Shown here: one piece after another, positions 47,604 through 59,596 of the stretch
Layout of the letters: each line of letters starts with the position of its first letter
Numbering within the stretch: position 1 is the stretch's first letter
Assembly (NCBI GenBank): GCA_963730185.1
Contig: CAVSQW010000012.1
Coordinates: 32,001-96,000, forward strand
Direction: 5' to 3'
DNA from: an uncultured Gemmatimonadales bacterium
Lineage (GTDB): Bacteria; Gemmatimonadota; Gemmatimonadetes; Gemmatimonadales; GWC2-71-9
DNA: 64,000 bases
The notes under the pieces: generated by a model
What the model saw: only the letters and a program-made list of their open reading frames with translations
The model's database searches: none
What the model was told of the DNA's origin: nothing
Position numbers and translations under genes: made by a program

Positions 47604-49738
47604 CCCGGGTAGTACCGGGCCCCGGCCGCGACCTGGCGGCGGAGGGCCTCGCAGGGCTCGAACCGGGGGCCGAGTCGACCCGCGAGCTCGTCGAGCACCC
47701 GAACCACCTCCGCCGCGCCCACCCCGTCGATCATCCGCAGCGGTCCGCCCCGGAACGGGGGGAAGCCGATCCCGAAAATCGCGCCGATGTCGCCGTCGCG
47801 TGGCTGGCGCACCACGCCCTCGTCGAGGGCCCGGGCCGCCTCGTTGAGGAGCGGATAGGCCAGGCGGCGCTGAATCTCGCCCGCGTCCACCTGCGCCAGC
47901 GGCTTGACTCCCAGGAGCGGGTAGACCGCCGGATCGGGCTCGGTCCTCTTACCGTTCTCGTAGCGGTAGAAGCCCTTCCCCGCCTTCCGTCCGATCCGCC
48001 CGTCCTCGAGCATCCGAGTCAGGGTCGGCGCCGGCGCCAGCCGATCGCCGAAAGCCTCGTGCATTACGCCCGCCCCTTTGCCGGCAACGTCGAGCCCGAC
48101 CTCGTCCAGCAGCGCGATCGGACCGACCGGAAAGCCGAAATCGAGCATGGCCCGGTCGATCGCCTCGATCGGGGCGCCCTCCAACACCACTCGCGCGGCT
48201 TCCGCCAAGTACGGAGACAGGATCCGATTGACCCAGAACCCAGGCCGATCGGCGACCACGATCACGGTCTTGCCCATCCGACGGCCGAGGCGAACGGCGG
48301 TGACGACGGCGTCGGGGCCGGTCCGCTCGCCCGGGATGACTTCGAGCAGCGGCATCCGATCGACCGGCGAAAAGAAGTGCATCCCGAGCACCCGTTCCGG
48401 ATGGGCGGCCCCTTCGGCGATTCGAGAGATCGGGATGGTCGAGGTGTTGGTCGCGAAGATCGCGTCAGGAGCGAGAACGGCCTCGAGCTCGGCCAGCACC
48501 TGGCGTTTCACGGACAGGTCCTCGAAGACGGCCTCGATCACCAGGTCGGCCCGACGGAAGCTGGCCAGATCCACACCGCCGCTGACCAGGGCCGCGAGGC
48601 GGGCCTGCTCGAACCGAGTGATCCGCTTCCGCTTGAGCCGTCCGTCCACCAGGTCGAGGGCCCCCTTGACCCCTCGACCCACCCGGACCAGGTCGGCGTC
48701 CTTGAGCCGCACCTCCACCCCCGCGGTCGTCACCGCGGTGCCGGCGATGGCCGAGCCCATGAACCCGGCCCCGACGACGCCGAGCCGGCGGACCTCCCGG
48801 GCCGTGCCGGCGCCGGGGGAGACCCCGTCGTCCTTCTTCAGCGCGGTCGTGGCGAAGAAGATCCGGACCAACTCGCGCGAGACCGGCGTGACCGCCAGCT
48901 CGCCGAAGGCGCGAGCTTCGGCCGCGAGGCCGGCCTTCATCCCCCGCGCCAGCCCCGTCCTCACCACGTCGAGCGCCCGAAGCGGCGCCGGGTAGTGGCC
49001 GCGGGTCCGTTTCATCACCTGCTTCCGGGCGGTCCGGTACACGATGGCCCGGCCCAGAGCGGTCCGGTCCAGGAACGCCCCTTGCCACCCGCCCTTCGGC
49101 GTCCGGCGGGGCGGCCCTTCGCGAGCCAGCCGGTCGGCCGCCTTGACCGCGATCTCCTCGAGGATCGGAGGCGGGACCAGTTCGTCGACCATCCCCAGGC
49201 GATGAGCCTTCTGGGCCCGCTCGCTCTTACCGGCGAGGATGATGTCGAGCGCCGCCCGAAGCCCGATCGTCCGGGGCAGGCGGTTCGAGCCGCCCGCGCC
49301 GGGCAGGATGCCCAGCTGAATCTCGGGGAGACCGAGCTGGGTCTTGGGATGGTCGGTGGCCACCCGATAGTGGCACGCCAGCGAGAGCTCGAGCCCCAGG
49401 CCGAGGCAGGTGCCATGGATGGCGGAGACGATCGGCTTCGGGAAGCGGGCCACCCGGTCCAGGAAGGCGTGCCCGGCGGCGCTCATCGCCTCGCCGTCGG
49501 CCGCGGTGGCGATCCTGGTGAACTCGTTGATGTCCGCGCCGGCGATGAAGCTGTCCGGCTTGCCCGAGATCAGCACCACCCCCCGGACCGCCGAATCGTC
49601 CCGGAGCGTCGTCAGGACCGCCTCGAACTCCGCCACGGCCGGCGGACCAAAGGTGTTGACCGCCTCACCCGGCACGTCGAGCACGACCACCGCGATCCCG
49701 GGGCCGGCGGAGCGAACCGTCATGCGCCGCTCGGCCAT
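47600..49738 (-). CDS. fadJ: Fatty acid oxidation complex alpha subunit
   Basis: Crotonase motifs FIAGADI, LGLGLEL, LPEIQLG; HADH motifs GAGFMG, IEAVFEDL, TNTST, GMHFFSPV; AIFGIGFPPFRGGP. Confidence 0.93.
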   Translation of the reverse strand: MAERRMTVRSAGPGIAVVVLDVPGEAVNTFGPPAVAEFEAVLTTLRDDSAVRGVVLISGKPDSFIAGADINEFTRIATAADGEAMSAAGHAFLDRVARFPKPIVSAIHGTCLGLGLELSLACHYRVATDHPKTQLGLPEIQLGILPGAGGSNRLPRTIGLRAALDIILAGKSERAQKAHRLGMVDELVPPPILEEIAVKAADRLAREGPPRRTPKGGWQGAFLDRTALGRAIVYRTARKQVMKRTRGHYPAPLRALDVVRTGLARGMKAGLAAEARAFGELAVTPVSRELVRIFFATTALKKDDGVSPGAGTAREVRRLGVVGAGFMGSAIAGTAVTTAGVEVRLKDADLVRVGRGVKGALDLVDGRLKRKRITRFEQARLAALVSGGVDLASFRRADLVIEAVFEDLSVKRQVLAELEAVLAPDAIFATNTSTIPISRIAEGAAHPERVLGMHFFSPVDRMPLLEVIPGERTGPDAVVTAVRLGRRMGKTVIVVADRPGFWVNRILSPYLAEAARVVLEGAPIEAIDRAMLDFGFPVGPIALLDEVGLDVAGKGAGVMHEAFGDRLAPAPTLTRMLEDGRIGRKAGKGFYRYENGKRTEPDPAVYPLLGVKPLAQVDAGEIQRRLAYPLLNEAARALDEGVVRQPRDGDIGAIFGIGFPPFRGGPLRMIDGVGAAEVVRVLDELAGRLGPRFEPCEALRRQVAAGARYYPG

Positions 49739-51030
49739 CAGCTCCGCTCCAGCACGAGCGCGAACCCCATCCCGCCCTGGGCACAGATCGAGATCAGGCC
49801 GAACTCTACGTCCCGCCGGGTCATCTCGTTGGCGAGGGTGGTGACCAGGCGGGCGCCGGTCGCGCCGAAAGGATGCCCGATCGCAATCGAGCCGCCGGTC
49901 ACGTTGGTTACCTCCCAGTTCACCTCGCCGGTCGGCGCCGACCGCCCGAGCCGATCCGCCCACGCCTTCGAGCCCCAGGCCTCGACGTTCGAGAGCACCT
50001 GGGCGGCGAACGCCTCGTGGATTTCGACCAAGCCGAGGTCCTTCCAGGTAATCCGGGCCCGGTCGAGCGCCTCGGGCACCGCGAAGACCGGCCCCATCAG
50101 CAGCTGCCAGCCGGGATCCACGGCAGTCACCGCGTAGCTCCGGACCGCCGCCAGCACCGGCAGCCCCAACGCCTCGGCCTTGCCCCGCGCCATCACGATG
50201 ACCGCGGCCGCGCCGTCGGTGAGCGGCGACGAGTTCCCGGCGGTGACGGTCCCGTACTTCCGGTCGAAGGCCGGCCGGAGCTCGGCCAGCTTCTCCAGAC
50301 TGGTGTCGGTCCGGATCCCGTTGTCGGTGATGACGATCTCGTCCATCCCTCGGCCGCCGAACCAGGGCGCGATCTCGGCCGTGAGCCGCCCGTCGGCGGT
50401 CCCGGCCGCGGCCCGCTGGTGGCTCATCAGGGCCAAGCGATCCTGTGCCTCCCGCGAGATGTGGTTCTCCTTGGCCATCTTCTCGGCCGACTGCCCCATG
50501 GTTTCGCCGGTCGAGGGCTCCGCGATGGCGGGAGTGACCGGGATCAGGTCACGCGGTCGGATCCGGGCGAAGGTCGCGAGCCGCTGCGCCAGCGTCTTGG
50601 CTCGGCTCGCCGCCACCAGGATCTCGCTCATCCGCCGGGAATGGAGGATGGGGACGTCGGAGAGCACTTCCACCCCGCCAGCAATAACGGTGTCGGCGTG
50701 CCCGAGCACGATCTGATCCGCGGCCGAGGTCACCGCCTGCGCGGCCGAGGCACAGGCTCGATTGAGGGTGTAAGCCGGGACCGTCTTGGGGAATTGCGGG
50801 AGGAGGCTCACCTCGCGGGCGACGTTGGGCGCCAGCACGGACGGCACCACCTGGCCGAAGATCACCTGGTCGACCTCGCGGCCGTCGAGGCCCGAGCGGG
50901 CCATGAGTTCGCGGGTGGCGAATCGGGCGAGGGCGACGCCCGAAGCCTCCCGGAGCACGGTACCGGCCCGGGCGAAGGGCGTACGAAGGCCAGCGACGAT
51001 CACGGGCTGGCGTTCGCGCGAACTGGCCAT
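49738..51030 (-). CDS. fadI: 3-ketoacyl-CoA thiolase
   Basis: NRACAS, TAGNSSPLTDGA, HEAFAAQ, GHPFGATG, CAQGG; TGATG coupling to fadJ. Confidence 0.93.
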   Translation of the reverse strand: MASSRERQPVIVAGLRTPFARAGTVLREASGVALARFATRELMARSGLDGREVDQVIFGQVVPSVLAPNVAREVSLLPQFPKTVPAYTLNRACASAAQAVTSAADQIVLGHADTVIAGGVEVLSDVPILHSRRMSEILVAASRAKTLAQRLATFARIRPRDLIPVTPAIAEPSTGETMGQSAEKMAKENHISREAQDRLALMSHQRAAAGTADGRLTAEIAPWFGGRGMDEIVITDNGIRTDTSLEKLAELRPAFDRKYGTVTAGNSSPLTDGAAAVIVMARGKAEALGLPVLAAVRSYAVTAVDPGWQLLMGPVFAVPEALDRARITWKDLGLVEIHEAFAAQVLSNVEAWGSKAWADRLGRSAPTGEVNWEVTNVTGGSIAIGHPFGATGARLVTTLANEMTRRDVEFGLISICAQGGMGFALVLERS

Positions 51031-51033
51031 CGG

Positions 51034-51594
51034 TTACTTTCTTCGTTGAGCGAGTACGCTGCCGAGCGCGGCCCATTGGGCATTGTCGGCGGGTTCGAAC
51101 GCTTCTCGGCCGTGGATCACGGCGAGCGGGGCGACCAGCGTGGCCAGCTCGCCGGTGCGGAGCAGGTGCTCGTCACGCGCGGGACCCCACCCCAGCTGCC
51201 GCTGAATCTCGAGATAGGTCTCGAGAAGGAGCAGGCCGCCGGGACGGACTTGGTCGACGACCTGGCGGATCCGGGCCCGATCGAGATAGTTGAACACCAG
51301 CACGACGTCGAAGGTCCCGAAATCAGGCCAGGTGCGCTCGAGATCCGCCTCGACCCACTCGATCGGGAGCGAGCGGCGGGACGCCTCGGAGCGGGCGGCG
51401 TCAAGCTTGGCCCGATCGCGGTCTACCGCTACGACGCTCGCGCCGCGCTCGGCCGCCGCCAAGGCATGGCGGCCGCTCCCGCAGGCCAAGTCCAGCACCC
51501 GCGTGCCCGGAGTGATTCGGGCCGCGTGCCAGATGAACCAGTAGCTCGGGCGCTGCTCGAAGCCCGCCTCGGAGCCCGGAGAATCAGTCGACAG
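51034..51594 (-). CDS. Class I SAM methyltransferase (TehB-like); start uncertain (CTG 51594 vs GTG 51498)
   Basis: VLDLACGSGRH, VAVD, ADLE, FNYL, RPGG. The frame is open upstream (RPSYWF) but has no ATG/GTG/TTG. Confidence 0.8.
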   Translation of the reverse strand: MSTDSPGSEAGFEQRPSYWFIWHAARITPGTRVLDLACGSGRHALAAAERGASVVAVDRDRAKLDAARSEASRRSLPIEWVEADLERTWPDFGTFDVVLVFNYLDRARIRQVVDQVRPGGLLLLETYLEIQRQLGWGPARDEHLLRTGELATLVAPLAVIHGREAFEPADNAQWAALGSVLAQRRK

Positions 51595-51596
51595 AG

Positions 51597-53273
51597 ATGA
51601 ATCCTTCCGTAAGGGCGACGATCTGGGACCTCGCCAACCGCCCGCTCGACGTCCTCGTCATCGGTGGCGGCGTGACCGGCGCCGGCATCGCCCGGGAGGC
51701 GGCCCTCCGCGGCCGATCCGTGGCCCTGGTCGATCGCCACGACTTTGCCTGGGGCACGAGCTCCCGTTCGAGCCGTCTCATCCACGGCGGGCTACGCTAT
51801 CTCGAGCACCGGGAGTGGCATCTGGTACGGGAATCCCTGACCGAGCGGAGCATTCTGCTCCGTCTGGCGCCCCATCTGGTGCGTCCCCTGGAATTCCTCT
51901 TCCCCATCTTCGCCAGCGACCGGGTGTCCCGCCTCGAGCTCCAAGCCGGCCTGATCGTGTACGATATCCTCGCGCTGGGCGGTAATGTGCGCCGCCACCG
52001 GACTCTGGGCAAGCGAGCCGTCCTCGACCAGGAGCCACTGCTCCGCGATCGCGGCCTCAAGGGCGGGGCGCTCTACTGGGATGCCCAATGCGACGACGCC
52101 CGGCTCACCCTGGCGACCATCCGGTCGGCGGTGGATCACGGGGCCCTGGTCGCCAACTATGCCTGTGTGACCGCCCTCGAGCGGGTCGACGGTCGGATCA
52201 CCAGCGCCGTGATCGAGGATCAGCTCACCGGCGCCCAGGCCACGATCACGGCCCGGGCCATCGTCAACGCGACCGGCCCCTGGTGCGACCTCCTCCGGGG
52301 CATGGAAGACCCCGGCGCCACCCCGCTGCTCCGCCCTACCCGGGGGGCCCACGTCATGGTCCCTCGGGCCCGGCTCGGCCACCATCACGCCATCACCTTC
52401 TTGAGCCCGGTCGACGGGCGGGTGATGTTCGTCCTCCCCTGGGGCGACCGGTCCTACATCGGCACGACCGACACGGACGACTCGGTGGACCCCGAAGGCG
52501 TGGCCCCGACCGACGAGGATGTCCTCTACCTCCTCCGCTCAGCCAACGCGCTCTTTCCCGGCGCCCGCCTCGGCCCCGAAGACGTAACCATGAGCTGGGC
52601 CGGCCTTCGGCCCCTCATTGCGGCGGCCGACGCCCGCGGTCCGGACGCCACCTCACGCGAGCACCGAGTCGAGGTGGGTTCGGGCGGGATGATCAGCGTG
52701 GCCGGCGGCAAGCTCACCACCTACCGGCGGATGGCGGTGGAGGTGGTGAACCGGGTCGACCAGGCGCTCGACCCGGACCGGAAGCTCCGCCCCGCCAAGC
52801 CCGGCACCGAGCCGAGTGCGCAGGAGACCCTTCCGGGCGGAGGTCGGTTCGATCGGGGGCGGGTCTTTGCCCAGGGCGTGGGCCGGGGTCTCTCCGAGGC
52901 GACCGTCGCCCACCTGGTGGGGCAATATGGAGACGAGACCCCGACCTTCTACGCCCTCGCGGCCGAGCTCGCGGAGCTCTCCGAGCCGGTCCACCCCCAC
53001 CACGGCGCCATCGGCGCGGAGGTCGTCTTCGCGGTGCGGAGGGAATTCGCTCGGCGGCTGGACGACGTGATGGTGCGCCGCTTGGCGCTGGTCTACGAAA
53101 CGCCGGACGCCGGGGTGGCGGCCATCCCCACGGTCGCGTCAATCATGGCCCGGGAGCTCGGTTGGGACGAGACCCGGCACCGGGAGGAGATTCAGCGGTT
53201 CGAGCATTTCCTGGCGTCGGTGCCCCACGCTCGGCCAGCCGCGAGTCCGGATCCAGGCTCCCCCGACCGATAA
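51597..53273 (+). CDS. glpD: FAD-dependent glycerol-3-phosphate dehydrogenase
   Basis: IGGGVTGAG, GTSSRSSRLIHGGLRYLE, DDARL, NATGPW, IGTTD, AGLRPL, GGKLTTYR. Confidence 0.93.
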   Translation: MNPSVRATIWDLANRPLDVLVIGGGVTGAGIAREAALRGRSVALVDRHDFAWGTSSRSSRLIHGGLRYLEHREWHLVRESLTERSILLRLAPHLVRPLEFLFPIFASDRVSRLELQAGLIVYDILALGGNVRRHRTLGKRAVLDQEPLLRDRGLKGGALYWDAQCDDARLTLATIRSAVDHGALVANYACVTALERVDGRITSAVIEDQLTGAQATITARAIVNATGPWCDLLRGMEDPGATPLLRPTRGAHVMVPRARLGHHHAITFLSPVDGRVMFVLPWGDRSYIGTTDTDDSVDPEGVAPTDEDVLYLLRSANALFPGARLGPEDVTMSWAGLRPLIAAADARGPDATSREHRVEVGSGGMISVAGGKLTTYRRMAVEVVNRVDQALDPDRKLRPAKPGTEPSAQETLPGGGRFDRGRVFAQGVGRGLSEATVAHLVGQYGDETPTFYALAAELAELSEPVHPHHGAIGAEVVFAVRREFARRLDDVMVRRLALVYETPDAGVAAIPTVASIMARELGWDETRHREEIQRFEHFLASVPHARPAASPDPGSPDR

Positions 53274-53357
53274 TCCGGACCGGGTCGAGCCGTTGTCGCG
53301 GCGGTCGGGCCCGCGGGAACGGTTATCTTGCAAGGACTTGGCAAGGGAACACAGGGC

Positions 53358-56300
53358 ATGACGGACGCATTCCAGGATCCCAACGTCTTCGAGACCGCCA
53401 ACGCCGGGTTCGCGCAAGCGCTGTACGAAGACTTTCTCAAAGACCCGAGCACCGTCGCTCCGGAGTGGCGGCGCCTCTTCGAGGCGGGGCGGGTCGGCGA
53501 AGCGCCGCCGCCCGCCCCGCCCACCTCGGGCAACGGCGCGGCCGCCCCCACCGGCAACGGGACGGGCAAGGCCGCCGCCGAGGCGGCGCCGCCCAACGCG
53601 ACCCTGATCAAGGGTCCGGCCGCGCGTCTCGCGGCCAACATGAACGAGAGCCTCTCGGTCCCCACCGCCACCACGTTCCGGGAAATCCCGGTCCGGGTGC
53701 TGGAAGCCGAACGCGCCTCGCTCAACACGGCCTTGAAGGCCGCTGGCCGCGCCGAGAAACTCTCGTTCACCCACCTGATCGGCTATGCCCTGGTCCGGGC
53801 GCTGATCCGCCACCCCGCCCTGACCCACACCTTCCAGCTCATCGACCGGGCGCCCTTCCGGGTCACACCCACGGGCGTGCACCTCGGCCTCGCGGTCGAC
53901 ATGGAGCGGAAGGACGGCTCGCGCGGGCTGGTGGTCCCGGTGCTCAAGCATGCCGAGGGCATCGAGCTTCGCCGAGTTCCACAGGGCGTATGAGTCGTTG
54001 GTCGAGCGGGCCCGGACCAACAAGCTCGATGCCGGACGACTTCGTCGGTGCCACCGTCACCCTGACCAACCCCGGCGGGCTCGGCACCGTGGCCTCGGTG
54101 CCCCGCCTGATGGCGGGTCAGGCCAGCATCATCGCGGTGGGGTCGATCGGCTACCCACCCGAATACGCCGGGTTCGGCAAGGAACGGATCGCCCAGCTCG
54201 GGGTGGGCAAGGTCATGATGCTCACCAGCACCTACGACCACCGGGTGATCCAGGGCGCCGAGTCCGGGGAGCTCCTCCGGACCCTGGAGGACCTCCTCAC
54301 CGACGAGGAGGAGTTCCAGGGCATCGCAGCCGACCTGGGAATCGGGCAGCCCGGCGGCGCCCTCCGGGCTCCCCGCCCCAGCGTGGCGATTCCGATGCCG
54401 GGCTCGCCCCCGCTCACCACGACGCTGGCGACGGCCCCGGCCTCCACCGAGGACCTGGCCCAGGTGGCCGCCGCGATGGCGCTGGTCAAGGCGTTCCGGA
54501 CCCACGGGCACCTCGCCGCGCACCTCGACCCGCTGGGCAGCCCGCCGATCGGCGACCCCGCGCTCGATCCCGACCTCCTCGGCCTCACGCCGGAAGTCAT
54601 GGCCCGAATTCCCGCGAGCGTCCTCCGGATCGCGGTGCCCGGCCCGACCCTGGCCGATGCGCTCCCCGCCCTTCAGGCCACCTACTGCGGCACCATGGCT
54701 TACGAGGTCGAGCACATCGCCAGCCACGAGGAACGGGTCTGGCTCCGGGCCCAGATCGAGTCGGGCGCCCACCGGACTCCGCTCTCGACCGAAGAGCGGG
54801 TGGCGCTCTACCAACGGCTGGTCCAGGTGGAGTCGTTCGAGCGGTTTCTCCACAAAGCCTATCTGGGGCAGAAGCGGTTCTCCATCGAGGGGCTCGACCT
54901 GCTGGTTCCGATGCTCGACCTGACCGTCGCGCTCGCCGGTGACCAGGGGGCCCGGGAGATGGTCCTGGGCATGGCCCACCGAGGCCGCCTCAGCGTGCTG
55001 GCCCACAACCTCGGCCGCCCCTACGTCACGATCTTCTCCGAGTTCGAGGGCAAGAAGCCCGGCAAGGAAGGCGAGGACGAGGGCACCGGCGACGTGAAGT
55101 ACCATCAGGGCGCCGAGGGCGCGGTGCAGACGCCATCCGGCCGCTCGGTGGCGATCACCCTGGCGAACAACCCGAGCCACCTGGAGTTCGTCGGCCCCGT
55201 GGTCGACGGCCGGGCTCGGGCCCGGCAGACCCTCCGCACCACCGGCAACGGCTATCACGATCCCTCGGCCGCCCTGCCCGTGGTGGTCCACGGCGACGCC
55301 GCGTTCGCCGGCCAGGGCGTGGTCCAGGAGACCCTCAACCTGGGCTCCCTGCTCGGCTACCGGACCGGTGGCACCATCCACGTCATCGCCAACAACCAGG
55401 TGGGCTTCACCACCGATTGCGACGACGCCCGGTCCACCCGCTACGCCAGCGACCTGGCCAAGGGCTTCGACATTCCGATCGTCCACGTCAACGCCGACGA
55501 CGCCGAGGCCTGCCTGGCCGCGGTCCGGCTGGCGATGATGTATCGAGAGAAGTTCGCCAACGACGTGCTGATCGACCTGGTCGGCTACCGCCGTCACGGT
55601 CACAACGAGGGCGACGAGCCGGCCTACACCCAGCCGCTCATGTACGAGCGGATCAAGAGCCACCCGACCGTTCGCCAGCTGTACGCCGAGACGCTCGCCG
55701 CCGACGGGGTGCTCGCCCCGGACGCGGGCGCCGCCCAGTACGACGCCGCCTACCAGCATCTGGTCGAGCTCCAGCAGGGCTTCAAAGCATCGCTGGCCCA
55801 CGCCCCGCCGGCCGACCCGGCGCCGGCCCGGATCATTCGTACCGATCATCCGCCCACGGCGGTGCCGGCCGAAACCCTCGAGGCGCTGAACGAACAGCTG
55901 CTGACCTTCCCCGACGGGTTCACCGTCCACCCGAAGCTCAAACGCCAACTGGAGCGGCGGCGAGCGGCGCTCGGCCCCGAGGGCGGCATCGACTGGGGGC
56001 ACGCCGAAGCCCTGGCGATGAGCTCGCTCCTGGTGGAGGGGATTCCGATCCGGTTGACCGGTCAGGATACCGAGCGCGGCACCTTCAGCCACCGGCACGT
56101 GGTGCTGCACGACGCCGTCACCGGCGAGCACGTCTGTCCGATGCAGCGGCTCCCGGGGGCGCAGGCCTCGTTCGAGGTGCACAACAGCCCGCTCTCGGAG
56201 CTGGCGACGCTGGGCTTCGAATACGGATACAGCACCGCCGCTACCGAAACACTGGTGATCTGGGAGGCGCAGTTCGGCGACTTCATCAACAGCGCCCAGG

Positions 56301-57019
56301 TGATCGTCGATCAGTTCATCGCGGCCGGCTGGGCCAAGTGGGGCGTCACCTCGCGGCTCACCCTGCTCCTCCCGCACGGGTACGAGGGCCAGGGGCCCGA
56401 GCACTCGAGCGCCAGGTTGGAGCGGTTCCTCCAAATCGCCGCCGAGGGCAACATCAGGATCGCGAACTGCACCACGGCGGCTCAGTACTTCCACCTGCTC
56501 CGTCGCCAGGCCCGCCGGAGCCGGCAGCGGCCGCTCGTGGTGTTCACGCCCAAGAGCCTGCTCCGGCTCCCGATGGCCAACGGCCGGCTCAGCGACCTGA
56601 CCAGCGGGGAATTCCATCCTGTCCTCGACGACGCCCACGCCCGGGGGCGGGCCGACGAGATCCGCCGAATCGTGCTCTGCTCGGGCAAGGTCTACTACGA
56701 CCTCCTCTCGGGCGCCGAGCAGATGGAGACCGGACGGCCGGCCCTGATCCGGATCGAGCGGCTCTACTCGTTCCCGGAAGAGGAGTTGCTGGACGTGCTC
56801 CGGGAGTATCCCGCCGCCCGTGAGGTGGTCTGGTGCCAGGAGGAGCCGCGGAACATGGGGGCCTGGTCCTTCATGGAGGCCCGCCTGGCTCAGCTGCTCC
56901 CCGGCGACGCAACCCTTCGCTACGTCGGCCGACCGGGCCGGGCCAGCCCCGCCGAGGGATACCACGACGCACATAACGCCGAGCAGGCCCGTCTGGTGAC
57001 CGAAGCGCTCGCTCGCTGA
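53358..57019 (+). CDS. sucA: Multifunctional 2-oxoglutarate dehydrogenase (E2-like acyltransferase + E1; OdhA/Kgd type), with two +1 frameshifts near 53967 and 54028
   Basis: N-terminal NAGF..LYE.F..DP..V..EW; LGLAVD, TLTNPGG.GT.ASVPRL, TYDHRVIQGAESG; KRFSIEG, GMAHRGRL, GDVKYH, HGDAAFAGQG, WEAQFGDF, LPHGYEGQGPEHSSAR. Confidence 0.92.
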
Positions 57020-57073
57020 GCCGGGCTCGATCAAGTCCGTGCGGGGGCGCCTGAAGCCCGGCTAGGTTTCGGC

Positions 57074-58468
<1,395 letters not shown>

Positions 58469-58470
58469 CG

Positions 58471-59503
58471 ATGGATGCCTCGAACTCCGGGTGATCTGGT
58501 TCGTCCTGCTCGGCGCGATCTGATACGGCTACGCCGTGCTCGACGGCTTCGACCTGGGCGTCGGGATCCTGCACACCTGGCGCTCCGGGGCGACGAGGAG
58601 CGCCGGCTCGCCATCAACGCGATCGGGCCGGTCTGGGACGGGAACGAGGTCTGGCTGGTGGACGGGAGGGGCGCGCTGTTCGCGGCGTTCCCCGAGGTCT
58701 ACGCCAGCGTCTTCTCCGGGTTCTACACCGCGTTCATGCTGCTGCTCCTCACCCTGATCTTCCGGGCCGTCGCCATCGAGTTCCGGAGCAAGCGACCCTC
58801 GCCCGCCTGGCGGCGCGGGTGGGACTACGCGTTCGCGGGCGGCAGCGCGGGCGCGGCCCTGCTGGTCGGGCTCGCGTTCGGCAACGTGGCCGCCGGCGTG
58901 CCGCTCGACGCCGACCACAACTCTCCGGATCGGGCTGCTCGGCCTGCTCCGGCCCTACCCGATGCTGGTCGGCGATCACGACGATCGCGCTGTTCGCCCT
59001 GCACGGCTGTCTCTACCTCGATCCTCAAGACTGGAGGGCGCCCCGCAGGCCCGGGTCCGCCGCTGGGTCCAGCCCCTGATGATCGGCTTCATCCTCTGCT
59101 TACGCCTTCACCACGGTGGCCACGCTGCTCTATCAGCCCCACCTGGCCGAGCGATTCCGCGGCCAGCCCGCCTGGTTCGTGGTGCCCGCGCTCACGATCC
59201 TGGCCGTGGCGAACATCCCTCGGGAGCTCCACCTTGGGCGCGAGTTCCGGGCCTTCCTCTCCTCCGGCGCGGCCATCGGCCTGCTGATGTCGCTGGTGGC
59301 GATCGGGCTGTTCCCCGTCATCGTCTTCTCCGACCCACATCCCGAGCGGAGCCTGACGATCTACAACTCCGCCAGCTCCGACGCGACCCTCCGCACCATG
59401 CTGGTGGTCGCCGCCGTCGGGATTGCCGCTGGTGATCGCCTACACGGCGATGATCTACTGGATCTTCCGCGGCAAGGTCCGGCTGGACCCACACAGCTAC
59501 TAG
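58471..59503 (+). pseudogene. cydB: Cytochrome bd oxidase subunit II with multiple frameshifts
   Basis: LDGFDLGVG, IGPVWDGNEVWL, LFAAFPEVY, RAVAIEFR, SLTIYNSASS..TL and YWIFRGKV lie in different frames. Confidence 0.8.
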
Positions 59504-59543
59504 CGGCGTCCGGCTCGCGAGCCCGGCACCCCACCAAGCCCAA

Positions 59544-59571
59544 GCGGGCCGACCCGAGAGGGCCGGCCCGC
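59544..59571. terminator. GC hairpin between convergent cydB and lipoprotein genes
   Basis: GCGGGCCG...CGGCCCGC stem; weak U-tracts. Confidence 0.45.
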
Positions 59572-59596
59572 CAGGTTCGGTCGCCGTACCGGTGGC

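Noticed and set aside
53960..54030. Programmed frameshifting in odhA (also the antiporter near 178 and the kinase at 63430-63510)
   Set aside because: No slippery heptamer or stimulatory structure was seen. Single-base indels in several unrelated genes point to sequencing error.
52088..57019. 1643-aa ORF suggesting a giant GlpD-OdhA fusion
   Set aside because: The N-terminal part is an Arg/Pro/Gly-rich off-frame reading of glpD and early odhA. Only the part after ~54029 is real, joined by frameshift.
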